DNA of 64,000 nt from an uncultured Pyrinomonadaceae bacterium (GTDB taxonomy: Bacteria > Acidobacteriota > Blastocatellia > Pyrinomonadales > Pyrinomonadaceae), in the NCBI GenBank assembly GCA_964236735.1, contig CAXSFM010000001.1, positions 122,015 to 186,014 on the forward strand, written 5' to 3'. Both the position numbers and the translations under genes were made by a program. Shown here piece after piece: positions 40,204-52,092 of the stretch; position 1 is the first letter of the stretch, and every line of letters begins with the position of its first letter. Under the pieces are notes generated by a model that worked only from the letters and a program-made list of their open reading frames with translations, ran no database searches and was not told the DNA's origin.

Positions 40204-42150
40204 TCACAGGTTTTCGATTTCGACAGGCTCTACTTCGTCGGCGAGTTTGAAGTCAAAGACGCGCGAGTAAAAATAGAGTTCGCCATCAAGAGCGCGCTTG
40301 ATATTTTCGGCGCGACGAAAGCCGTGCTGCTCGCCCTCGAACGGAACATAGGCGACGGGCAGACCTTTCTTTCTTAACGCCTCCACCATCAACTCCGCCT
40401 GATTTGGTGGCACGATCTTGTCTTCAAGTCCCTGAAAAAAGATGACCGGACAAGACAGTTGCTCTGTGAAGTTGATGGACGAGCGTTCGTGATAGAGATT
40501 CGCCTTTTCGGGATATGCTCCGATTAAATTGTCGAGATAGCGCGACTCGAATTTGTGCGTGTCGCCGAGAAAAATCGTCAGGTCGCTGATTCCGTAATGG
40601 CTCGCGCCCGCTTTGAAGAGGTCGCGGAAAGTGAGCGCGTTGAGCGTTGTGTAGCCGCCCGCGCTGCCGCCCGTGATGACGCAACGCGCTCCATCCACCA
40701 GACCGCGCTCGATCAGATAACGCGCGCCGTTCACGCAATCGTCAACATCCACGACGCCCCACTCGCCGTTCAGTCGCGTGCGATATTCACGCCCGTAGCC
40801 GGTGCTTCCGCCATAGTTCACGTCGAGGACGGCGATGCCGCGACTCGTCCAATATTGTGTCTCCAGACGCAGCGTGGTGGTCGTCGCGGCGGTCGGCCCG
40901 CCGTGGCATTTGACGATGAGCGGCGGACGTTCATCGCCGGCAGCCGCAAAGTCTCGATTGCACGGCGGATAAAAAAAGGCGTGCGCCGTCAATCCTTTCT
41001 CCGTCGGAAATTCGATGGCCTGCGGGCGCGACAGATAGCCATCATCAAGCACCAGTTCGCTTGAGCGTCGAAGCACATTGAACTTTCCCGTATCAAGATT
41101 GAATTCGACAATCGCCATTCGCTCGGTCGGTGAACCGGCGCGAAAGACGGCGCGTTGCGGCGACGCTTTGAGAAATGAAATTTCCGTGTATGGCGTTTCG
41201 ATGATGTCGAATTTTTTGGTCTTCGTGTCGAGGCTCGCCAGATGCCAGTTGCCGCGCTTGTTGAAAGCGCACATGATTCGCGTGTCGGAAGCAAACGAGT
41301 AAGTTGACATCGCGAAGACCCATTGCGGCATCCCGAACTCGGCGTCCATCTCGTGCAGCGACTCAATCTCGCCATCAGCGTTCAGCCGGTACAAATTCCA
41401 CCAGTTGCTCTTGTCCGAGGCGAAATACAGCGCGCCGTCCGGCGACCACTCCGGCTGAAAGATTGACTCTTCCGCGCCGCCCGCCACTTTCCGCGTCGCG
41501 CCGAGCGTGGCGTCTTCGTTTATTTCGCCGACCCACAATTCGCACCCATCCCACGGCAGATTGGGATGATTCCACGTCAGCCACGCCAGACGCGAACCAT
41601 CGGGACTGAGACGCGGCGAAGAATAAAAGTCGCCGCCGGAGACCAGCACGCGACCGCCGTCCGCATTAGCTTCAACTCCGTCTAGTGCAAGACTCACAAT
41701 GGTGTTGATGGCCTCGCGCCCTTCAATCGTATGGTCTTCTCTGACGGCGATGAGACGCCCGTGCGTGTCGTCAAGCACGCCGTCGGTGTAACGCAAGTCT
41801 TTCGCCGGCGTGAGCGGCAGAGGTGACTCGCCGACCGCCTGACGATAGAGCCGCTGGTCTTTGAAGTTGGAAAAATAGACGGCCCGATCACGGACGATAA
41901 AATCGCCGCCGCCGTATTCGTGGACGCGCGTGCGCGCGTTGAACTCTGGCGGCGTCACATCGCTTGCGACGCCGTCGGGCGTGTACCTGACGATGCAGTT
42001 GCGCCCGCCTTCGGAGGGGCGCAGTTCGATCCAGTAAATGTCTTCACCGTCGAGCGCGATTTGACCGAGACCGACCGTCGCCGAAACGATGAGGTCTGAG
42101 GTAATCGGCGATTTCCACGAGCCGTAAGGTTTATTTTGAGTCTGTGGCAT
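40204..42150 (-). CDS. S9 family serine peptidase (prolyl-oligopeptidase/acylaminoacyl-peptidase type, beta-propeller plus alpha/beta hydrolase)
   Basis: C-terminal catalytic GGSAGG nucleophile motif with Asp and His downstream. N-terminal propeller-type repeats. Confidence 0.85.
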   Translation of the reverse strand: MPQTQNKPYGSWKSPITSDLIVSATVGLGQIALDGEDIYWIELRPSEGGRNCIVRYTPDGVASDVTPPEFNARTRVHEYGGGDFIVRDRAVYFSNFKDQRLYRQAVGESPLPLTPAKDLRYTDGVLDDTHGRLIAVREDHTIEGREAINTIVSLALDGVEANADGGRVLVSGGDFYSSPRLSPDGSRLAWLTWNHPNLPWDGCELWVGEINEDATLGATRKVAGGAEESIFQPEWSPDGALYFASDKSNWWNLYRLNADGEIESLHEMDAEFGMPQWVFAMSTYSFASDTRIMCAFNKRGNWHLASLDTKTKKFDIIETPYTEISFLKASPQRAVFRAGSPTERMAIVEFNLDTGKFNVLRRSSELVLDDGYLSRPQAIEFPTEKGLTAHAFFYPPCNRDFAAAGDERPPLIVKCHGGPTAATTTTLRLETQYWTSRGIAVLDVNYGGSTGYGREYRTRLNGEWGVVDVDDCVNGARYLIERGLVDGARCVITGGSAGGYTTLNALTFRDLFKAGASHYGISDLTIFLGDTHKFESRYLDNLIGAYPEKANLYHERSSINFTEQLSCPVIFFQGLEDKIVPPNQAELMVEALRKKGLPVAYVPFEGEQHGFRRAENIKRALDGELYFYSRVFDFKLADEVEPVEIENL

Positions 42151-42227
42151 TCATCCCTCCAAAAGATTTTGTGAAGTCAGAGAACTTTTCCCATCGCGTC
42201 GTTTGATGCGATCTTTGATGATTTCAT

Positions 42228-43466
42228 TCAACGTCCGATGCGCTCCTTCGGCGGCACGACCGCGCTAAAATCCGCAGCGAAGCGTTTTGTGTATTGCGCG
42301 AGAAGTTCCTCGACGCGCTCAAGTTTCGGAGAGCGCACGACCAGCCCGACGTGATGCGACTTCTCAACGCGGTAACTGATTTCCGTGTCGTCGTAAGCCG
42401 AAGTGTCCGGGCGTTCCTGCCGCGCCAACGAAAGCGCGATGCCGCCGTAATCACGCCGCCTGTCGGGTGCGCCGAGCGTCTCGCCGCGCGCGTGCGCCAC
42501 TTCCAGACGCGCCCATTCGCGCCAGAGATTGACGCCGCTCGCGGCTTCGAGCGTCTCGGCTGTGTACGCTCCGCCGACGCGCGCCGCGACTTCGAGAAAA
42601 TAGAAACGCCCGTCCGTCTCGCTCTTAATAAATTCGGCGTGTGTCGCGCCGTTTTCCATGCCGAGGCTTTTGAGCAGCTTGCTGTTGAGCGCAACCAGTT
42701 CTGTGTGGTCTGCGGAATCATACTCGACGGTGTAAGAAGTGAAGATGCCGCCGCCGTGCGCCACTTCCATCGGCGGTCGCCCGTAACGGCTCGCTCCCGC
42801 GAAGATGACTTCCCCACCCTCGACGAGCGAATCAACGTGAAAGACCTCGCCCGGCACATACTTTTCGAGCAGATAATATGTAGATCGCTCAGGCAAAACA
42901 TCGCGCCCGTCGAGCGATTCAATCGCGCGCCAGACGTGCTCCGCTTCGTGCAGCTTCTTGATGCCGGCGGCGGACACATCCGAGCGCGGCTTGAGCATCC
43001 ACGGCGGCGCGACGCGCTCCATAAATTCGCCGACTTCCTGATGATTGAGGACGTGAACGAAATCCGGGACGAGTATGTCAGCCTCGCGCGCCGCGCTTCG
43101 CATGTTTAGTTTATCGCGGAAACGTCGCGCCGCGTTCGTATGCATTCCGGGCAGGCGCAAATGCTCGCGTATGTGCGCGGCGTTGTTGACATCGAACTCT
43201 TCGAGCGCGACGAGGCGATGAAGTTTTCGCGGACGCGCCAGTTCGCTGACGACGTGCGTAAAAATATCCGTCGAGGCATCGTCGGGGACGACGATAATGT
43301 CGTCGAGTGATTCGCGCGGCCACTTTTCGCCCAGCGTCTGTTGCAGCGTCACCAACTCGACGCGCGCGCCCTGCCTTTTGCACTCGCGCAAAAATTCGAC
43401 GCCCTTAAAATAACTGGCGAGGCAGACGATGTGAACCTGTGGTGCGGCGGGTTGCGCTTCAGACAC
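42228..43466 (-). CDS. ATP-grasp domain protein
   Basis: ATP-grasp pattern (MLKPRSDVSAAGIKKL..., EKYVPGEVFHVDSL..., FLEVAARVGG), ~410 aa. Confidence 0.65.
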   Translation of the reverse strand: MSEAQPAAPQVHIVCLASYFKGVEFLRECKRQGARVELVTLQQTLGEKWPRESLDDIIVVPDDASTDIFTHVVSELARPRKLHRLVALEEFDVNNAAHIREHLRLPGMHTNAARRFRDKLNMRSAAREADILVPDFVHVLNHQEVGEFMERVAPPWMLKPRSDVSAAGIKKLHEAEHVWRAIESLDGRDVLPERSTYYLLEKYVPGEVFHVDSLVEGGEVIFAGASRYGRPPMEVAHGGGIFTSYTVEYDSADHTELVALNSKLLKSLGMENGATHAEFIKSETDGRFYFLEVAARVGGAYTAETLEAASGVNLWREWARLEVAHARGETLGAPDRRRDYGGIALSLARQERPDTSAYDDTEISYRVEKSHHVGLVVRSPKLERVEELLAQYTKRFAADFSAVVPPKERIGR

Positions 43467-43576
43467 GAAGGCGTCCTCGAAATAAAAAATGTTGACTTCG
43501 CTATCAGTATATAACGCGCGCCAGCAACTATCATCTTTTCGTCACGCTTATCTTGAGGCGCGACATCGTGCGAGTA

Positions 43577-43751
43577 TCTTTATAGCGGTTGGCGATTGAG
43601 TGCGACATGAGAGAAAGAATTTTCACCACAGAGGACACGGAGGGGCACAGAGGCAGAACAGAGGAGACCATCAAACCTTTGTCTTTCCTCTGCGCCCCTC
43701 CGTGTCCTCTGTGGTCAATTCTCTGGCCGCATTCATTTGCAACCCGCAGTA
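43577..43751 (+). repeat. 175-bp structured repeat element, copy 2
   Basis: Same 5' and 3' terminal blocks as copy 1. The internal hairpin arms carry compensatory substitutions relative to copy 1. Confidence 0.7.
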
Positions 43752-43833
43752 ACATTCCTTGAGTCACAAAAAGCCGTCGAGAATTAAGTTAATATTCTCG
43801 ACGGCTTTTACTTCTGCTTAACTGCGGACGCGC

Positions 43834-45273
<1,440 letters not shown>

Positions 45274-45641
45274 CTTCTTCCTCGTTGCTGCCGATTTGTC
45301 TGTCTGACCGTAATGCCGGACACGCTCGTCTCCGGCAACCTCAACCTCTGTCTGACGGAGCGAATTATATCAAACGTTGCATCAGCTTGCGTACTACGCG
45401 CGAGCGTCCGCCGCGCGCGAGACTTCCTCGAAACGGTGTTTGGATGCAGTATAAACTGAAACGGTGCGCTATCAAATTCAACAGTTTGCATCAAAGTCAG
45501 CCGGTTGACGCCTTGCCATGTGGCATCTAAACTGGCCGGGCGGTCGGCTCCCCGTAACATGCTCCCCAACGAGGCAGAATATATTCCAAATCTGCGACCG
45601 GACAACCCCGTCGCCGTCATCCAAAAGAGCTTTTCAGCACG

Positions 45642-47090
45642 ATGAAAAAGTTACAGCCAGACTTAACTCGACGCTTGCCCGCGCTGTTCTTGGCCGCCGC
45701 CATGTTGCTGCTTCCGCTGTTCACAGCCCGGAGCCAGTCTCTGCCTGCGCCACGCCACGAGCAATTATTAAACGGCCTCAAACTTCTCCTCGTCACGCGA
45801 ACGGGCGACCCCGATGTGCTGCTCAGGCTGCGTATTCACAGCGGCGCGGCCTTCGATTTGTCCGGCAAGGAAGGCTTGATTTCCCTGCTCGGCGACGCGC
45901 TTTTCGATGCCGAGACACGCGCTTTCGTCAAAGATGAATTGGGCGGACGGCTTGAAGTTTCGACTAATTACGATGCGATTGATGTCACGCTGGCCGGCAA
46001 AGCGACGGACTTTGAGCGTCTCGCCGAACTGCTCCGCAACGCCGTCCTCAACACGCAACTGACGCTCGATGTAGTCACACGCCTGCGCGACGCGCGCATC
46101 AAGACCGTCCGTGAATTGAATCTCGCGCCCGACATGATCGCCAACCGCGCCGTCTCTGCCAGACTCTTCGGCACGCACCCTTACGGGCGGCTCATCGCCG
46201 GCTCGCCGGAGACACTGGCGCGCGTCGAGCGTCCCGACCTGATGCAGGCGCGCGAGCGTTTCCTGAATCCGAACAACGCGACGCTCGTCCTCGTCGGCGG
46301 CATCGAAGCGCAACGCGCGCTGCGCGTCTTTCGACAATTTCTCGGCTCGTGGCGCAAGAGCGACCGCACGATACCTGCCACCTTTCGCCAGCCCGACGCG
46401 CCCGACGCGCGCACGCTGCTCATTGATCTGCCCGCGATGCCGGACGCCGAAGTCCGTCTCGCCGTGCGCGGCCTCGCACGCGCGGATCGCGACTACGCCG
46501 CCGCGCAGGTGCTCGCCACGCTCGCGCGCGAGCGTTGGTTGAAGTCGTCGCCGGAACTGAAAGGCGGCGCGCTCTCCGTCACACACGACGCGCACGCGCT
46601 CGGCGGTATCTTTCGACTCGGCACTTCCGCCGCTTCGCCCATCGCGGCGGCGCAGGCTCTGGAATCGGCGCGCGGCATCCTGCGCGCGCTCGCCAACACC
46701 GCGCCCACTGCCGTTGAACTCGAAAACGCCAAACGCTCGACAATCGCGACGCCTAGCAATGGAGCGCGCGAACTTGATTCGCTCACAGACATCTGGCTCG
46801 ACGAGCAAACTTATAAACTTGAGCCGTCTGGCGGGACGGAATTCGCGCGCGAGATAAATGCTTTGACACCGTCGGACGTGCAGCGCGTCGCCGCCAGATT
46901 GTTTCTCAACGTGCCCGCCGCCACCGTCGTCGTCGGAAACGCCGAGAGACTCCGCGCCGAACTGTCGCGCGTCGGCGGCGTGCAAGTTTATGGCGAGACT
47001 TCGATGCCCGCCGCTTCGCCCGTTCAACCAAAGCCGTCTGAGCCGAAGACGCAGCAACCCGGCGCGACGCTGCAACTCAAACGACCGTAG
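45642..47090 (+). CDS. M16 (pitrilysin/insulinase) family protein, probably a non-catalytic homolog
   Basis: Signal peptide and M16-like fold, but the HxxEH zinc motif position reads LLGDALF. Confidence 0.6.
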   Translation: MKKLQPDLTRRLPALFLAAAMLLLPLFTARSQSLPAPRHEQLLNGLKLLLVTRTGDPDVLLRLRIHSGAAFDLSGKEGLISLLGDALFDAETRAFVKDELGGRLEVSTNYDAIDVTLAGKATDFERLAELLRNAVLNTQLTLDVVTRLRDARIKTVRELNLAPDMIANRAVSARLFGTHPYGRLIAGSPETLARVERPDLMQARERFLNPNNATLVLVGGIEAQRALRVFRQFLGSWRKSDRTIPATFRQPDAPDARTLLIDLPAMPDAEVRLAVRGLARADRDYAAAQVLATLARERWLKSSPELKGGALSVTHDAHALGGIFRLGTSAASPIAAAQALESARGILRALANTAPTAVELENAKRSTIATPSNGARELDSLTDIWLDEQTYKLEPSGGTEFAREINALTPSDVQRVAARLFLNVPAATVVVGNAERLRAELSRVGGVQVYGETSMPAASPVQPKPSEPKTQQPGATLQLKRP

Positions 47091-47150
47091 CGAATTCGCA
47101 AACCAATCATCATTCAACTGCAACCAACTCCCGTCTCAATTAACTAAAGA

Positions 47151-47885
47151 TTGTCCCGAACAACAGCACACACGGAAGCCGACGCGAAGTCGGAACACGC
47201 GCGCCGTGTCCGCGAAATGTTCGCTGGCATCGCCGGACGCTACGATCTTTTGAATCACCTTTTGTCGGGCAACATTGACAAAAGATGGCGACGCATCGTG
47301 GCGGATAAGCTGAAGCCGACGCTTCATGCAAATGCGCGCGTCCTCGATGTGGCGTGCGGGACGGGCGACCTTTCCCTCGTGCTGGCTAAGGCGGGCGAGG
47401 CTCAAGTCACCGGCATTGATTTTTGTCGCCCGATGCTCGAACTTGCCGCGCGCAAAGCCGCAGAGACTTCTCAACGCATCCCTTTCATCGAGGGCGATGC
47501 GCTGCGCCTGCCTTTCGCTGAAAAGTCTTTCGATGCGGTGACGATTGCCTTCGGGCTGCGTAATTTGTCGAGCGTCGAGGGCGGCCTCGTCGAGTTGTGC
47601 AGAGTTTTGAAACCGGCGGGGCGCGTCGTGATACTGGAATTTTCCAGACCATCCGTGCCGGGCTTGCGCGCTCTGTTTCAGTTTTATTTTACGCGCGTGC
47701 TGCCGCGCATTGGCGGATTTTTGAGCGGCTCGCGCGGGGCTTACGAATATCTGCCGGATTCCGTGTCGAGGTTTCCCGACCAGAAAACTCTGGCAGACTT
47801 GATGCGAAAAAACGGATTCGCGGAAGTTGAGTTTCAAAACCTGACGGGCGGCATCGCGGCGATTCACACCGGCACGCGAGCCTGA
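47151..47885 (+). CDS. ubiE: Demethylmenaquinone / ubiquinone C-methyltransferase (UbiE/MenG)
   Basis: MFAGIAGRYDLLN, VLDVACGTGDL, and overall UbiE length and motifs. Confidence 0.85.
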   Translation: MSRTTAHTEADAKSEHARRVREMFAGIAGRYDLLNHLLSGNIDKRWRRIVADKLKPTLHANARVLDVACGTGDLSLVLAKAGEAQVTGIDFCRPMLELAARKAAETSQRIPFIEGDALRLPFAEKSFDAVTIAFGLRNLSSVEGGLVELCRVLKPAGRVVILEFSRPSVPGLRALFQFYFTRVLPRIGGFLSGSRGAYEYLPDSVSRFPDQKTLADLMRKNGFAEVEFQNLTGGIAAIHTGTRA

Positions 47886-47904
47886 GTGTGATAAGTTTTG
47901 GATT

Positions 47905-48011
47905 GGTCGCATCTCAAGTGAGACGCGACCACAAACGTAGCTCGATGGAATCGCTTGCTGGTGGCTGTCGGGGCTAACAGCAGGATCAAACGGCTCCATC
48001 GGGCTACGTTT
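47905..48011 (+). other. Multi-stem structured element downstream of ubiE (possible terminator or small RNA)
   Basis: ggtcgc-N14-gcgacc stem, followed by a 17-bp stem (aaacgtagctcgatgga / tccatcgggctacgttt) enclosing an inner gctg/cagc helix, then TATTTACG. Confidence 0.35.
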
Positions 48012-48106
48012 ATTTACGTCAACTCGCCTCTCTGAATCCTCAAAGCTGACGCGCGCGCGCTTCGGATGCTATCATCCCACACGACTTTTCAAACTGAGAT
48101 TCCAAT

Positions 48107-49117
48107 TTGCCACGCACCTTCCTGATGAAGCGCAAGCTGCTCAACGTCACACGCCGAATTTTGATTCTGCTGCTCGTCGTGTGGACGGTGGTGTCTCTGG
48201 TGACTCTGCTGATAGAACTCGTGCCGGGCGATCCGGCGACGGCGATTCTCGGCGATCAAGCTCCGCCCGAAGCCATCGCGCAATTCCGCCACAAGCACGG
48301 ACTCGACCGCCCCGCTTTCTTTTTTACTTTTGACGAAGACGCGGCGGGCGCGAAACATCTGCGCTGGCACGGCGCGGACAATCGTTACGTCGAATACTGG
48401 CGCGCGCTGCTGCACGGCGACATGGGCAACTCGTTTCGCACAGACCGCCCCGTCCTCAATTTAATTCTGGCGCGCTACGCGGCGACGATTCAACTCGCCA
48501 TCGCCGCGCTGCTTGTCGCCGTCGCCATCGCCGTCCCGCTCGGAGTCGTCGCCGGAACGCATCACGGGAAACTGCTCGACAACTTTCTCTCCGTCGTCGC
48601 GCTCATCGGCATCAGCCTGCCGAGCTTCGTCATCGGGCCGTTTTTGATTTACCTCTTCGCCGTCTGGCTGGGCTGGCTCGACCCTTCAGGACGCTTCAGT
48701 TGGTCGAGCATCATCCTGCCCGCCGTCACGCTCGGTGCGGCGCTCTCCGCTTTGCTCACGCGCATGGTGCGCTCGTCCGTCATTGAAGAGATGGGCGAAG
48801 ACTACGTCCGCACGGCGCGCGCGAAAGGCTTGAGCGAGCGGAAGGTCGTGTACAAGCACGTCCTGAAAAATGGTTTGATTCCGGTCGTGACGATTCTCGG
48901 ACTGCAACTCGGCGTGCTGCTCGCCGGCGCGATCATCACCGAAAAGATTTTCAACTGGCCGGGACTCGGCCTCTTGCTCGTTGACGACGGCATCGGCAAA
49001 CGCGATTACCGTCTCGTGCAGGGCTGCGTCCTCGTCATCAGCGTCACATACATTCTGGCGAACTCGCTGACCGACATGCTTTATCGCCGGCTCGACCCCA
49101 GAATACGAATACAGTGA
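48107..49117 (+). CDS. ABC transporter permease, DppB/OppB-like (binding-protein-dependent type)
   Basis: Six TM segments, EAA-like loop region (ARAKGLSERKVVYKHVLKN) and LIELVPGDPA N-terminal motif typical of OppB/DppB. True start may be the Met at 48125. Confidence 0.8.
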   Translation: MPRTFLMKRKLLNVTRRILILLLVVWTVVSLVTLLIELVPGDPATAILGDQAPPEAIAQFRHKHGLDRPAFFFTFDEDAAGAKHLRWHGADNRYVEYWRALLHGDMGNSFRTDRPVLNLILARYAATIQLAIAALLVAVAIAVPLGVVAGTHHGKLLDNFLSVVALIGISLPSFVIGPFLIYLFAVWLGWLDPSGRFSWSSIILPAVTLGAALSALLTRMVRSSVIEEMGEDYVRTARAKGLSERKVVYKHVLKNGLIPVVTILGLQLGVLLAGAIITEKIFNWPGLGLLLVDDGIGKRDYRLVQGCVLVISVTYILANSLTDMLYRRLDPRIRIQ

Positions 49118-49188
49118 TGAGTGATGAGTGATAAGTGACAAGATAAAACCTGTCTTTCACTCATCACTCATCACTCATCACTTATCAC
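49114..49188. repeat. Intercistronic hairpin built from GTGATGA units, between the two permease genes
   Basis: gtgatgagtgatgagtgataagtgacaag ... cactcatcactcatcactcatcacttatcac. The left arm includes the TGA stop of the upstream permease; the right arm ends 9 nt before the next ATG. Confidence 0.85.
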
Positions 49189-49197
49189 TGCTTTCAT

Positions 49198-50013
49198 ATG
49201 AACCGTCTCGCCATCGCCGGACTCGTCTTCATCGCCCTGCTCGTCGTGGTGGCTCTGTTCGCGCCGCTCATCGCGACGCATGACGTGGGAGCGACAAATC
49301 TCGCCGCGCGTTACCTTTCGCCTTCCTCGGCGCACTGGCTTGGCACTGATGCGACCGGGCGCGACATTTTTTCGCGCGTCGTCTTCGGTGCGCGAATCTC
49401 GCTGCGCGTCGGCGTCGTCGTCGTGCTCGTCTCCGGCATCATCGGCACTGTTATCGGCGCGCTCGCGGGTTATTACGGCGGGTGGATTGACAGCATCGTT
49501 TCGGGTTACGTCTTCAACGTCTTTCTCGCGTTTCCCGGCTTGCTGCTGGCGATTGCGATGGTGGCTTTTCTCGGCGCGGGCTTGAACAAATTGATCCTCG
49601 CGCTGTGCGTGATCGGTTGGGTCGGCTACGCGCGCCTGATTCGCGGGCAAGTGCTGAAGGTGCGCGAGTACGACTTCGTGCAGGCCGCACGCGCGCTCGG
49701 CGCACGCGACTGGCGAATCATCTTCGTCCACATTCTGCCGAACGCGATTCAACCGCTCATCGTGCAAGCGAGCCTCGGCATGGCGGGCGCGGTTCTGTCT
49801 GAGGCGTCGCTTTCGTTTCTCGGTCTTGGCGTGCCGCCGCCCGCTCCATCGTGGGGCGTGATGCTCGAAGAGGCGCGCGACTTGACGACTTTACGCATCG
49901 CTCCGCACGCGCTCATCGTGCCCGGCCTCGCGATTGCGCTGACTGTGCTGGCCTTCAACTTTCTCGGCGACGGGCTGCGCGAATATCTCGACCCGCGACA
50001 ACGACGGCGTTAA
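49198..50013 (+). CDS. ABC transporter permease, DppC/OppC-like
   Basis: N-terminal extracytoplasmic segment then five TM segments. ARALGARDWRIIFVHILPNA EAA-motif region. Confidence 0.8.
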   Translation: MNRLAIAGLVFIALLVVVALFAPLIATHDVGATNLAARYLSPSSAHWLGTDATGRDIFSRVVFGARISLRVGVVVVLVSGIIGTVIGALAGYYGGWIDSIVSGYVFNVFLAFPGLLLAIAMVAFLGAGLNKLILALCVIGWVGYARLIRGQVLKVREYDFVQAARALGARDWRIIFVHILPNAIQPLIVQASLGMAGAVLSEASLSFLGLGVPPPAPSWGVMLEEARDLTTLRIAPHALIVPGLAIALTVLAFNFLGDGLREYLDPRQRRR

Positions 50014-50055
50014 ATCTCATCACAGGCACACGCTTTCTCATCACTTCAATTTTTA

Positions 50056-51138
50056 ATGACATCAACTGCCCTTAACGAAAGTCAGCGTGTTTCGACGGAG
50101 ACGATGCGTGTGCCTCGCGTGAGCGAAGATACGCCGGTCGCGCTCTCGATTGACCGGCTCTCAAAGACTTATCCGATTCCTCTCACTCGCTTCAAACAAT
50201 TCTTCCGGCTCAAGACCAAAACTCCCGTCGTCGCGCTGACCGATGTTTCATTCAAAATTCGCGAAGGCGAAATTTTCGGCCTCATCGGGCGCAACGGGGC
50301 GGGCAAAACGACGCTCGCGAAAATCGTCGCGACGCTCGTGCAGCCGACCTCCGGGCAAGTTACCGTGCGCGGTTACGACAGCGTGCGCGAAGAGGAAAAC
50401 GTGCGCTCGCAAATTGGTTTGGCGAGCGCGGAAGAGCGAAGTTTCTATTGGCGTCTGACCGTCGAGCAGAACATGACTTTCTTCGCGCGACTCTTCGGCC
50501 TCAACGCGCGCGACGCCGCGCGGCGCATCACCGAACTGCTCGCGCAATTTGAGATGGAAGATTTGCGGCGCAGGCGTTTCGGTGAACTCTCGACCGGAAA
50601 CAAACAGCGTCTCGCCGTCGCGCGCGCGCTGCTCAACTCGCCGCCCGTGCTTCTGCTCGACGAGCCGACGCGCTCGCTCGACCCCGTCGCGGCGGCACGT
50701 ATGCGCGCGCTCATCGGCTCGCTCGCGCGCCGGACGCCGCCCGTCACCGTGCTGCTCACGTCGCACAATCTGGCCGAGATTGAAGAATTGTGCGAGCGCG
50801 TCGCGGTCATCAGTCGCGGGCGTATCCGCGCGATTGATACGCCGCAGAATCTCAGACAGCTTCACCGGCAACACGTCAGCGTGCGTCTCATCGTGCGCGG
50901 CATCATGGATGAGATTGTCCGGCGACAACTCTCCGGCGACTTCGAGCACGTCGAAACCTCGTCCGAAGCGGATCATGTTGTCGTGAGGTTCACGCGCGAA
51001 GCGGGCGACGACAGACTCGACCGCACGCTCCGTCGTCTGCTCGAAGCGGGCGCGGAAATCATCAGTTGCGAGACGGAGAATAGCACACTGCTCGACGTGC
51101 TGGAGAGTTTCGAGAGCGAAGATGAAACACCGCGATAA
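50056..51138 (+). CDS. ABC transporter ATP-binding protein (ABC-2/DrrA-like, with C-terminal extension)
   Basis: Walker A GRNGAGKTT, signature LSTGNKQRL, Walker B LLLDEPTRSLD. Confidence 0.85.
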   Translation: MTSTALNESQRVSTETMRVPRVSEDTPVALSIDRLSKTYPIPLTRFKQFFRLKTKTPVVALTDVSFKIREGEIFGLIGRNGAGKTTLAKIVATLVQPTSGQVTVRGYDSVREEENVRSQIGLASAEERSFYWRLTVEQNMTFFARLFGLNARDAARRITELLAQFEMEDLRRRRFGELSTGNKQRLAVARALLNSPPVLLLDEPTRSLDPVAAARMRALIGSLARRTPPVTVLLTSHNLAEIEELCERVAVISRGRIRAIDTPQNLRQLHRQHVSVRLIVRGIMDEIVRRQLSGDFEHVETSSEADHVVVRFTREAGDDRLDRTLRRLLEAGAEIISCETENSTLLDVLESFESEDETPR

Positions 51139-51162
51139 TAAAGTGGAAACAGGGAGCGTGAT

Positions 51163-51993
51163 GTGAATAATTTATCACTGCGGCTCAACCGCGTGCGCGC
51201 TTTCGTCGTGCGCGACTTTCAACTGGCGATTAGCTATCGCCTCGAATTTTTCATGCGTATCTTGAGCATCCTCTTCGTCGTGACGACGCTCTTTTTTATC
51301 TCGCAGATTTTTGCCGGACGCTTCGACACGCCTTACGCGCAGTGGCGCGATCCTTTTCTCGCGTGGATTACGGGGCTGCCCTTCCTTAATTATTTCATGG
51401 TTGGATTTTCGAGTCTCGCCAATTCCATCCGCGCCGAGCAGTCGCAGGGCACGCTTGAAAGCGTCTTGATGTCGCCGATTAACTTGCCGACGTTCATCGT
51501 CGCCAGTTCCGGTTGGGATTTCGCGCAGGCCACTTTTCACTCGTCGCTCTATCTTTTCTTCGGCTGGCTTTTTTTCGGCGTGCAATATCGCGGAAACTTT
51601 CTGCTGGCGTTGCTGTTTTTGTTTTTGACGACGCTCGTGCTGGCATCCGTCGGGATTCTGTCGGCGAGTTTCGCGATGGTCTTCAAACGCGGCGACCCGT
51701 TCGGCGTCATCATCGGCACAGGCTCTGCGCTCTTCTCCGGCGTCTTCTTCCCCGTTCAACTTCTCTCCCAAGCGGGAGGAAAAAGCGTCGGCAACATCTC
51801 GCGCCTGTTCCCCACCACTTACGGACTCGACGGCATCCGTCGCGTGCTCATCGAGGGGCAGGGACTCTCCGAGACGCGCGAACCGCTCTTCACGCTGCTG
51901 CTCTTTCTCGCCGCGCTCATGCCATTCTCGCTCTGGGTCTTTTCCCGCGCCGTGCGCCGCGCCAAACGCGAGGGCAGCTTGATTCAATACTGA
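51163..51993 (+). CDS. ABC-2 family transporter permease
   Basis: Six hydrophobic segments. GTG start preceded by GGGAG. Immediately follows the ABC-2-type ATPase. Confidence 0.6.
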   Translation: MNNLSLRLNRVRAFVVRDFQLAISYRLEFFMRILSILFVVTTLFFISQIFAGRFDTPYAQWRDPFLAWITGLPFLNYFMVGFSSLANSIRAEQSQGTLESVLMSPINLPTFIVASSGWDFAQATFHSSLYLFFGWLFFGVQYRGNFLLALLFLFLTTLVLASVGILSASFAMVFKRGDPFGVIIGTGSALFSGVFFPVQLLSQAGGKSVGNISRLFPTTYGLDGIRRVLIEGQGLSETREPLFTLLLFLAALMPFSLWVFSRAVRRAKREGSLIQY

Positions 51994-51997
51994 ACGG

Positions 51998-52087
51998 CAG
52001 TGGGCAGTGGCTAGTGGTCAGTAGTTACGTGACTTGCAAAATTGAAACAACTGCTCTACTCACTGACCACTAGCCACTGTCCACTGT
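51998..52087. repeat. Intercistronic imperfect hairpin built from CAGTGG(G/C) units, between the ABC-2 permease and the HDAC-like gene
   Basis: cagtgggcagtggctagtggtcagtag ... ctactcactgaccactagccactgtccactg. Starts 5 nt after the upstream stop and ends 6 nt before the next ATG. Confidence 0.85.
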
Positions 52088-52092
52088 AATTT

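Noticed and set aside
45768-47123. 451-aa minus-strand ORF
   Set aside because: Antisense to the M16-family gene, which has a signal peptide and family-level similarity. Artefact composition.
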